Shown: positions 25,076 through 35,480 of the stretch, piece by piece
Layout: every line of letters starts with the position of its first letter
How positions within the stretch are numbered: position 1 is the first letter of the stretch
DNA from: Chiloscyllium plagiosum
Taxonomy: Eukaryota
DNA: 64,000 bases
Reading direction: 5' to 3'
NCBI RefSeq assembly: GCF_004010195.1
Contig: NC_057710.1
Location: 3,297,822 to 3,361,821, forward strand
Translations under genes and position numbers: made by a program
The notes under the pieces: model-generated
Seen by the model: the letters and a program-made list of their open reading frames with translations, nothing else
What the model was told of the DNA's origin: nothing
Database searches by the model: none

Positions 25076-26076
25076 TCTTCCAAATGTTGTAGCTGTACCT
25101 ACGTCTACAACTTTCTCTGGCCATTTATTCCACACACAAAACACCCTCTGTGTGAACAAGTTGCCCTTAGGTATTTTTAAAATCTTTCTCCTCTCACCTT
25201 AAATACATGCCCTCTCGTTTTGAAGTCCCCTTCCCTACGGAGAAGAGCTTTGTCATTCACCTTAACTGTGCCCCTCAAGACTTTATAAACCTCTATCAGG
25301 TCACCCCTCATCCTTCTATGCTCGAATGATAAAAGTCCCAGCCTATCAAGCCTCTTCTTTTAACTCAAATCCTCCATGCCTGGCAATATCCTGGTAAATC
25401 ATTTCTGAACCCTCTTCAATTTAATAACATCCTTCCAATAGCATAACGACCAAAACTGTATACATTATGCAGAAGTGGCCCCACCAATATCCTATACAAC
25501 CTCAACATGATGTCCCAACTCCTCTGGCATGGCACGTTTAATCTGAGAGTATTGGAAAATAATAGGGAGAGCAGTCTCTGATTTTCACTTGCTTCTCTCA
25601 GATTTCATCTGTGGCTGGTGAGTTATCCATTTCAGAGATGTTCAACTCCTAAATATATCCTCTCCGGGTGGAGAGGGTGGAGGTTGTCACGTGTGCAAGC
25701 TATACTTTCTAGCGATGGGTTCTTGAATGCATTGGACCATGATTTTAAAGCTTGTATTGTTGAATTAGACTCTTAACTATGACTAAAACTAGTTTAACAC
25801 AGAGCTTTCGGAGCTCAGAGGATGGGAATGTGTAACACAAATGAAAAAGAACACAAAGGCTGAATCCAGGACTAGTAATCCCCAAACAAAAGGCTCCTAT
25901 CTCAGTTACTTTGAAGGAACTGATTGACTAAACTGGCCATACAATGGACTCGATTGGAACTGAAGTTTTGAATCAAACTGAAACAGGCAGGTCAAGAGAA
26001 TTATGAGAGGGCGATAAAGTCCTGGAAAGCACGCCTCAGCCTTCGAAGGGCTTTCTGGCTGAGGTTAGTACCAGAC

Positions 26077-26206
26077 AAAAGTGAGGACTGCAGATGCTGG
26101 AAACCAGAGTTTAGATCAGAGTGGTGTTGGAAAAGCACAGCAGGTCAGGCAGCATCTGAGGAGCAGGAAAATCGACATTTCGGGCAAAAGCCCTTCATCA
26201 GGAATA
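26077..26206 (-). mobile_element. Solo Penelope terminal module
   Basis: Same module as 19666-19801; imperfect aggttagt(t)acca direct repeats at the flanks. Confidence 0.8.
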
Positions 26207-26645
26207 GATAAAGGTTAGTTACCACACAGGCTGCACAGACCTGCCAAATAAATCTGTGAAATCTACTGTCAATTGTGCCTGCTATTTAATATACAATTTA
26301 CATAGTAAGCATTATCTGTCTATCAGTTTGTGTCCAGTTTATATTGACTTTGGTTTGATTGTTAACATACAAGTGATAAACGATTAATTGTTCTATTTGT
26401 TTCCACACTTGCGTTCTTTGGCAAATGTGGTTCTTCTGGTCACCACAAGAGTCTTAACATGATGTTTATCGCATTCAGTATTCCCTTCTTAGGTTTCACA
26501 TCTGTCTTGTTCTGCCTTTACTTACCTGTAGCAAAAAAAATGTAGTTACATAGAAATATTCACTCTATCCACAACAGTAACCTTATCATCCATTCGGAGC
26601 CAAAAGCAGGGCAGTGCCCATATCTTTAATCACAGAGTCTCTTAC

Positions 26646-26853
26646 CGAGTCTGGGTTGACGTTCCCTGAAGTCCCTTTGCGTACTCATCGATTCTTCAGT
26701 CACGGTGATCGTCCCTTTCTCTATGGTGGGGAACTCCTCAAAGCTCTGTTGGCACTTAGTACCAGCCAGTAACAACTGGGAAACAGATGCTGAAGTCATT
26801 CCCCCAATACCTGCTGCTGCTGCTGCCTGCAGCTGGGAACCTGACTCATTGCC
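26646..26853 (-). CDS. ALMS1: ALMS1 exon (208 nt, phase 0 to 1)
   Basis: ttttatccgtag acceptor, gtaaga donor; GNESGSQLQAAAAAG..FEEFPTIEKG (human DFPSLEEG); in frame with the next exon. Confidence 0.88.
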
Positions 26854-28356
26854 CTACGGATAAAACAGAGGACACGACATGTGACTTTCTCTTTGGGCAA
26901 GGTTTAACTCAACCACAGGAGGGCTTCCCCCAAAGCTCAATGACTTAAACTGTACTGAAGCACCTTAATGTCACTGGATCATGTAATGCATCAACATTGG
27001 GATAGGTAGGCACTCCAAGCTCACTGCGAACACAGAAGATTAAGGGCTTTTCTAACTAAAGTGTTTAAGACGATGAAACAATTTGATGGAACAGACAAAA
27101 GCTCTGACTTTAGGTGAACGAGACTCGAACAAGTTGGGACAACTTAAAATTAGATGTTGGCTATTTGAGAATGACATTAGGAAGTCCTTCCAGACGTAAA
27201 GGGTCATGAAAATCTGAAATCTATGTCCAAAATGCCGCGGCAGCTGGAGGCCTATTGAAAACTGCAAAACTGAATGTAATCGTTTTTTTTGGTTAGGCAA
27301 GGGTGTGAATTGAAAGTGGATCAGTGCAGTGCAGACCCAGATCAGCCGTTACAACACTGAATGAGATGAAAAGAATGGTGATGCTGGAATCCAAACAGGA
27401 GGCTGAAGGGACACAGCAAGCCAGGTAGCGTCAGGAGGTTTCGGGTATAACCCTTCCTCAGCCATTGAATGGTCTCCTAAACGTAGACGCAAAGGTGCAA
27501 TCAACTGAATGGAGCTGACATCTCAAGGTTCCACAGTAAACACGGCAACTTTCTAAAGCTTAATTAGGATGGTCAATTATGTTATCATTGAATTGGAGAG
27601 ATTTTTGATACAGAGGAAACTGAGGGTTATGAGAAGCAGACAGGAATGCAGAGTTGCGACCACAATCAGATCAGCTGTGACCTTACTAAATGATGGAGCA
27701 GGCTGAAAGGCCAATGGTCTCAGCCTGCTTCTGAATCCTCAGTTCCTAACAAACTGCAACCAGGAGGGGCCTGGAATGACAATTCTAATCCTAGTTTGAG
27801 AAACTAAACATAGTTATAACAAATTTGGAAAGATAAAGCTATGATCCTTACCCGGTCAGGCCTGTGTAAGACTCGTTTTAACATTATTAACTGTTCAGAG
27901 TCCTCACAAGATACCCCGTCTTATCAAGCCCAATACAAATCAGCACTAGAGCACATTCTACAGAAAGTGCCCTTCACCATTAACTCCAGAGCAACTAGGT
28001 TTGGGCACTAAGTGTTTGCCAGCAATGCCCATATTGCCAGAAGCAGCTGATTGTATCATTTTCAGTTTCACTGGAATTTCTTCACCATTCTTTCTCTGCC
28101 ACTGGGTCAACATCCTGGAATGGCTTTCCTAACAGCACTGTGGCTGTTCTGTTCTGTACAAAGTAAGCTGTTCAGGAAGGCAGCTCACCACCATCTTCTC
28201 CAGGTCAATCAGAAATGAACAACAATTGCTGAACACATGACCAACGTTCAATTCTCAAGGGAAAGAAAAATGAGAAAGCTGTTTGTGCAGGCCTCATATT
28301 TAGCAGGGTATGCTGCTGTATTAGGATATAACACTCTCAGCGATTCCTTGTCATTG

Positions 28357-28450
28357 ACTCCAATATTCAGCTCGTTCCTTCCCATGGTATTACCTGCTTT
28401 GCTCTCTGGACAATAGCTTCTCCCAATGAGTAACCACTCACATTGGACAG
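28357..28450. repeat. Left arm of a perfect 94-bp inverted repeat (partner 28995-29088)
   Basis: Base-by-base reverse-complement identity. Confidence 0.95.
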
Positions 28451-28486
28451 GTGAGTCCCACTTTCAGGGCTACTAGCCTGACTGAC

Positions 28487-28531
28487 CTGTTCCTCCATGC
28501 TCCAGGTCAGTGGTGGTGTCGTCACTATCAC
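28487..28531 (-). CDS. ALMS1: ALMS1 45-nt exon (VIVTTPPLTWSMEEQ), candidate start ATG at 28498
   Basis: gtctcttttag acceptor, CAG|gtcagt donor; phase-0 reading is open and joins GNESG; AGCATGG is a strong Kozak context. Confidence 0.65.
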
Positions 28532-28979
28532 CTAAAAGAGACAACATGTTACAGCTGTGAAAAACAGTGTCACCCACATTGTGACCGCCTAATCCAACAT
28601 CAACTCTCATTTCACAAGAATTAACGGTAATCCCAGGGGTTTTGCAAAGAACACAGTCCTTCAACTGAAAAGGCAGGAACACAGTTGAAGGGATACATTT
28701 CACCATATTTTGTGAAATATGTAATTCGATTATAATTTTTAAAAATGTAGTGTACATCAATTTGTTTATTTCTTTTATTCAGTAACTGAAATGACAAAGG
28801 TGGATGAAGATGATGTTCAGATTGCATGATGAGAGAAATTCATGGGCAGGCTACTACACTACCTGATGACAATGATGTTGAGTTTAAAATGCAGGTGTAC
28901 AAATTTATGATATGAAAATGTTGGACACAAAATCTGGAATGAGATGTGACAGTAGGAAGTTGTGATGCTGACTGACTGC

Positions 28980-29088
28980 CACTGTTTTTCACAGCTGTCC
29001 AATGTGAGTGGTTACTCATTGGGAGAAGCTATTGTCCAGAGAGCAAAGCAGGTAATACCATGGGAAGGAACGAGCTGAATATTGGAGT
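28980..29088. repeat. Inverted copy of 28357-28450 joined to 28555-28569
   Basis: Exact reverse complement of the two segments with the 104 nt between them missing. Confidence 0.93.
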
Positions 29089-29092
29089 GGGT

Positions 29093-29530
29093 AACACATA
29101 GGAGCAGAAATTAGGCCATTCAGCCCATCAAGTCTGCTCTGCCATTCAATCATGCCTGGTAAGTTTCTAAACCCCATTCTCCTGCTTTTTCCTGTAACCC
29201 TTGATTCCTTTGATAATGAAGAACCTATCTATCTTAGTCTTAAAAAAAAACTCAATGACTTGGCCTCCTCAGCCTTCTGTGGCAATGAATTCCAGAGATT
29301 CACCACACTCTGGCTGAAGGAGTTTCTTTAATTTCAGACTGTGTCCTCAGGTCCTAGTCTCTCTGACTAATGGAAACATCTTCCCAACATCTACCCTGTC
29401 AAGGCCATTCTGTATTCTGTACATTTCAATTAGATCCCCCCTCATCCTCCCAAACTCCATCGAGTATATACCCAGAGTCCTCAAACATTCCTCATATGTT
29501 TATCCTTTCATTCCTGGGACCATTCTCATG
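29093..29530 (-). mobile_element. CR1 LINE 3' fragment
   Basis: ataggagcagaaattaggccattcagccc.. is the reverse complement of a CR1 tail. Confidence 0.8.
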
Positions 29531-30134
29531 ATGAGCATTTTGTTTTAATCAGAGTCGAGGCACACGTACAGTGGTGTACCCAGGGTCAAAGATGTCCTTA
29601 TCTTTTGCAGAGATGGAATCATTTCAAAGCTTTCAGATGATGAAAAGCCTTGAAAAATAGCAAACAAAATACAGCGAAATGGGCAGTTACCGGGACAATG
29701 AAATTTATAGTGAAGAGTTGCATTTTCGTCGGAAGAATAAACCAAATATTATAATTTATAAGGGAATACAAAGATGGAGAGATTTGGATGTGTATTCACA
29801 CACTTTAGGCAACAGGAGAAGGTTTCAGAGAGGATGCAGAAAAACAAAATAAATCAAATAGTTCCAGGAAACAGACATTCCAATTTCACACTTCATATTT
29901 TACAGCTCTTAGAGAACTTAAGCTTTGAAGGATTGTGGAAAAATTGATTTATATCAAATTTTGTGGAAATACTTGATATTACTTAGTTAAAAGAGGTTGT
30001 TGAAAAATTATAGACACTGGAGATTTCTTAAAACATGGCCTTCTAGCAAGGACATAACTGATAATAAACTGTTTGGTTTGCTATACACCCTGCTTGGAGC
30101 TGTTTGAACAGTGACTGGTTGGAGAAGTTTTGTA

Positions 30135-30590
30135 TTTCTGAGAATGTGTACAGGGTACGAGCAGGTAGGGATAGAGTTAAGTTTCGAATTTTGTGAAACA
30201 AGAGGTTCAGCTGAGCACAACTCAGATCAGATAAGAATATGCAGTTAACAACGGGGTGCTGGAGGCAAGGGTAATGGTGGAAAAGCATTCATTGTGTAGA
30301 TTCATTTAACAATATTGGAAGCATTCAGTATGTAAAGTCTGTTAACAAGGTTAAGAACATTCATTGTGTAACTGCAGATGGCTTAATCTTTACTATTGAC
30401 ACTCACTGATTGTAACGGTCACCCAATCAATATCTATGTTGTCTGGATGCTCCTCCCTGTAAAATAACTATATAATGCATTAAGAAACTGCTGTTCGAGT
30501 GAAGACCAAGAACATGTGTCTCTATGCACATGGGTGATCATTCTCTCTCCCTCCAGGGCTCGGATTAAAGATGAAGGAGGTAAAACTATA
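30135..30590 (+). mobile_element. Solo LTR-like repeat (third, more diverged copy)
   Basis: gagaatgtgtac..gagcaggtagggatagagttaagttt..ctatataa..ctgctgttcgag..ccagggctc, homologous to the 20970 copy. Confidence 0.7.
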
Positions 30591-31867
30591 CTGTGCCTCT
30601 GAGCATTTTGCTTTGACTGATACGGGGATAAGGAAATGGGATGACATTTCCAGAAAACTTGAATTAAATCAATTTTTCTACAATCTATCAAAACTTAAGT
30701 AGTGTAAAATATGAGGTATGAAACTGAAGACTCTGTTTCCTTGAACCATTCTTACAAATCTTTTCTGTATACTCTCAAACTTTCTCCTGTTTCCTCAATT
30801 TTGTGAATACACATCCAAATCTCTCTATGTTTCTCCTGTGCTCACCAAGTGATAACAAGATACTCTAAGGCAATTAAGAACATTTGCCTTAGCATCGGTG
30901 GATCTGTGTGAACAGGACACCAAATGATAATATTCACGGCCGTTCCCTTGTGAAATTAATGACAGTCCTTGATTCTGACCCTGAAACGAAACTCGGAACT
31001 ATCAAAAGCTTTGTAATTGACGGTCAGATCCTGTCAATTATAATGGATTCTTATTACCCCTTGCAAGTGGGACAGACACAGAGAGAAAAACATCTTTGCT
31101 GTTAAAGACTCTGACTTCAGAGTTCAAAAGGACACCAGAGAGGGAGAGCATTTTAGTGCTGAGGCTGTCGAAAGCCAATAGAAAATTAACTCTTAGTGCT
31201 TACCTGCTATGGATTGAATTTAATTGCATTTTGGGACTTTATGATGATATTGAGTAGCCATTACCGGTTATTAAATACAAACTCTAAAAGGTAATATTGA
31301 TGAAGTTTTAACTTACTTGCTGTTCTTGCAAACCACTCTACAGACCTTACAGATTGCCCACTGTCAATTCTAACTAATCGGATCTTATGTCTTATTTGAA
31401 TTTGAATCACAACCCTGAAAAAAAAGGCATGCTTAATTCGAGACTAATGAATCAGTTTAAATGCAACCTTATGGTAACATCTCAGCCTCAGGTACAGAAT
31501 GATTCAGTGCTTAAAAAGCAGGAGTCTGCTCCTAGCTTAGAAATTATTCTTGGCCTAATATTGAAGAGATTCTGGCACAATGTGTCAGGAAGCCATTTTA
31601 TGGTCTAACATTTGCCCTCCTTGCTAAGGAGCCATTTTGTAAACAATTGTATCTGACATGTGAGCTGTGCAAGGTTATCTTATGAACTCTCCTTGGAATT
31701 TAGGACAGTCGGAATTCACACAACACCAGGTTATAACCCAACAAGTTTATTTGAAATCACAGGCTTTCGGAGCACAGTGTAGTGAGAGAGAAGAGCACAC
31801 AGACACACAATTTAGAGGCAAAGAGATGAAAAGATCATACAATTCGTGTGAGTAGAGTGTTGGGTTG

Positions 31868-33912
31868 ACTTGAAAGGGTTCAGAAAGGATTTATGAGGAT
31901 GTTACCAGGGCTGGGAGGATTAGAGCTACAGGGAGAGGCTGAATAGGCTGGGGCTGTTTGTCCTGAAGCGTTAGAGGGTGAGGGGTGACCTTATAGAGGT
32001 TTATAAAATCATGAGAAGCATGGACAGGATAAAGAGACAAAGTCTTTTACCTGGGGTGGGGAAGTCCAGAACTAGAGGGCATAGGTTTAGGGTGTGACAG
32101 AAAAGATATAAAAGGGACCCAGGAAGCAATTATTTCATGCAGCGGGTGGTACATGTATGGAATGAGCTGACAGAGGAAGTGGAGGAGGCTGGTACAATTG
32201 CAACATTTAAAAGGTGTCTGGATGGGTATATGGATAGAGCGATATGGGCCAAGTGTTGGCAAATGGTACTAGATTAGGTTAAGATATCTGATCGGCATGG
32301 ACGGGTTGGACCAAAGGGTCTTTTGTCGTGCTTCTCGATGAAGTGACCTGTACAAGAAGGACGGATTGCACCTAAATTGGAATGGGACTAATATACTGGT
32401 AGGGAGACTTGCTAGAGCTACTTGGGTGCATTTAAACTAGTAAGGTGGGGAGGGTGGGACCCAGGGAGATAGTGAGGAAAGAGATCAATCCGAGACTGCT
32501 ACAGTTGAGAAAAGAAGCGAGTCAAACAGTCAGGGCAGGCAGGAACAAAACAGAACAAGGGAGGACTGAGAAATTAAATTGCATTCATTTCAATGCAAGA
32601 GGCCTAACAGGGAAGGCAGATGAAATCACGGCATGGTTAGGAACATGGGACTGGGATATCACAGCAATTACAGAAACATGGCTCAGGGATGGGTAGATCT
32701 GGCAGCTTAATGTTCCAGGACACAAATGCTACAGAAAGGACAGAAAGGGAGGCAAGAGAGGAGGGGGAGTGGCGTTTTTGATGAGGGATAGCATTACAGC
32801 TATACTGAGGGAGGATATTCCCGGAAATACATCCGGGGAAGTTATTTGGGTGGAACTGAGAAATAAGAAAGGGCTGATCACCTTATTGGGATTGTATTAT
32901 AGACCTCCTAATAGTCAGAGGGAAATTGAGAAATAAACTTGCAAGGAGATCTCAGCTATCTGTAAGAATAATAGGGTGGTTATGGTAGGGGATTTTAACT
33001 TTCCAAACATAGACTGGGACTGCCATAGTGTTAAAGGTTTAGATGGAGAGGAATTCGTTAAGTGTGTACACGACAATTTTCTGATTCATTATGTGGGTGT
33101 ACCTACGAGAGAAGGTGCAAAACCTGACCTACTCTTGGGAAATAAGGCAGGACAGGTGACTGAGGTGTCAGTGGGGGATCACTTTGGGGCCAGCGACCAT
33201 AATTCTATTAGATTTAAAATAGTGATCAAATAGGATAGACCAGATCTAAAAGTTGAAGTTCTAAATTGGAGGAAGGTTAATTTTGATGGTATTAGGCAAG
33301 AACTTTCGAAAGCTGATTGGGAGCAGATGTTCGCAGGTAAAGGGACGGCTGGAAAATGGGAGGCCTTCTGAAATGAGATAACAAGAATCCAGAGAAAGTA
33401 TATTCCTGTCAGGGTGAAAGGAAACGCTGGTAGGTATAGGGAATGCTGGATAGCTGGTGAAATTGAGGGTTTGGTTAAGAAAAAGGAAGCATATACAGAT
33501 ATAGACAGGATAGATTGAGTGAATCCTTAGAAGAGTATACAGTCGGAGTATACTTAAGAGGGAAATCAGAGAGCAAAAAGGGGACATGAGGTAGCTTTGG
33601 CAAATAGAATTAAGGAGAATCCAAAGGATTTTTACAAATACATTAAGGACAAAGGGGTAACGAGGGAGAGAATAGGGCAAGTTGTTGGAGGGAATTCTGA
33701 GGGACAGGATGTACATGTATTTGGAAAGGCAATGATGAATTAGAGATAGTCAACATGGCTTTGTGCGGGGAAATCATGTCTCTCAAACTTGATTGAGTTT
33801 TTTGAAGAAGTAACAAAGAGGATTGATGAGGGCAGAGATTAGGTTGGGATATCTGATTGGTATGGACGAGTTCGACCGAAGGATCTGTCTCAGTGCTGTA
33901 CATCTATGACTC
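31868..33912 (+). mobile_element. CR1 fragments including the ORF2 apurinic endonuclease region
   Basis: CIHFNARGL, AITETWL, MVGDFNFPNIDW and GASDHNSI motifs; internally deleted, with stops. Confidence 0.9.
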
Positions 33913-34980
33913 AATGCTTCTATGAGTGAACTGATCAGCTCTCTACCTATAAATCGTGTGTGTGTGTGTGTGCGCGCGCACACTCTTCTCTCTCGCTTCA
34001 CTCAAAGGAGCAGTGCCCTGAAAGCTTGTGATTGCAGATAAACCTGTTGGACTATAACCTGGTGTCGTGTCACTTCTGACTTTGTCCACCCCAGTCCAAC
34101 ACTGACACCTTCACATCATGAAATTTAGAAGAACCAGAAGTGATCTTACAGAAATATATAAAATTATGAAGGGAATAGATAAGATAGAAGCAGGGAGGTT
34201 GATTCCACCGGCGGGTGAAACTAGAACTAAGGGATAAGGGGGAGCACATTTAGGAAGGTTATGAATCTGTGGAATCCCTCCCCAATGTAGTAGTTGAGGC
34301 TACCTTGCTGAATGTTTTCAAGGCATAGATTGATAGATTTTTGAATGGTAAAGAACATTAAGAGTTAGAATAAGCAGGTAGGTAAGTGGAGCTGACTCCA
34401 CGAAAAGAACAGCCATAACTTTATTGTAGGCAGAGCAGACTCCTATTTCTTATATTCTTATGGTTCCTCCTCAAAGAACTCTAAAAGGTTTTAACAGCAA
34501 AATTCAATAAAGATTTGAATATATATATATTTGAAGGGATGAAATTTGCAGAGCTCTGGATAAGGATCAGGAGAGTAGGATCAAGCGTATAACCCTTTCA
34601 CATGGGCAGCACAGAAATGACATGGCAAAGGCCTCTGGGCTGTATCATTCCACAACCATGGGTACAAAAACAAACTTCCGAGAATACACCTTGCCGTCAG
34701 TCACACTGGGGTGTTCTGCTGTTTCCAGCAGTTTCTTGCTCAAAAGTTTGTAAAAGTTAGGAGAAGCTACATGACATATTTTAAGTTCCCTCGGTGATGA
34801 TGTCAAGGAAAAACAGGATTGAGCACTGCACACAGTGAGTAATCAAGCCCTTTGGCAATCACTGTTTACATTAACATACTCACTCTGACATGTGATACAG
34901 GCTGCTGATGATCTGTACCTGTGAGGCAGGTCCAGAACAAGTTGGGCACAATATGAATGTTCTTCTCAATCAGTTGTCCT

Positions 34981-35480
34981 NNNNNNNNNNNNNNNNNNNN
35001 NNNNNNNNNNNNNNNNNNNNNNNNNNNNNNNNNNNNNNNNNNNNNNNNNNNNNNNNNNNNNNNNNNNNNNNNNNNNNNNNNNNNNNNNNNNNNNNNNNNN
35101 NNNNNNNNNNNNNNNNNNNNNNNNNNNNNNNNNNNNNNNNNNNNNNNNNNNNNNNNNNNNNNNNNNNNNNNNNNNNNNNNNNNNNNNNNNNNNNNNNNNN
35201 NNNNNNNNNNNNNNNNNNNNNNNNNNNNNNNNNNNNNNNNNNNNNNNNNNNNNNNNNNNNNNNNNNNNNNNNNNNNNNNNNNNNNNNNNNNNNNNNNNNN
35301 NNNNNNNNNNNNNNNNNNNNNNNNNNNNNNNNNNNNNNNNNNNNNNNNNNNNNNNNNNNNNNNNNNNNNNNNNNNNNNNNNNNNNNNNNNNNNNNNNNNN
35401 NNNNNNNNNNNNNNNNNNNNNNNNNNNNNNNNNNNNNNNNNNNNNNNNNNNNNNNNNNNNNNNNNNNNNNNNNNNNNNNN
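34981..35480. other. Assembly gap (500 N)
   Basis: N run adjoining the 24-bp minisatellite. Confidence 0.98.
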
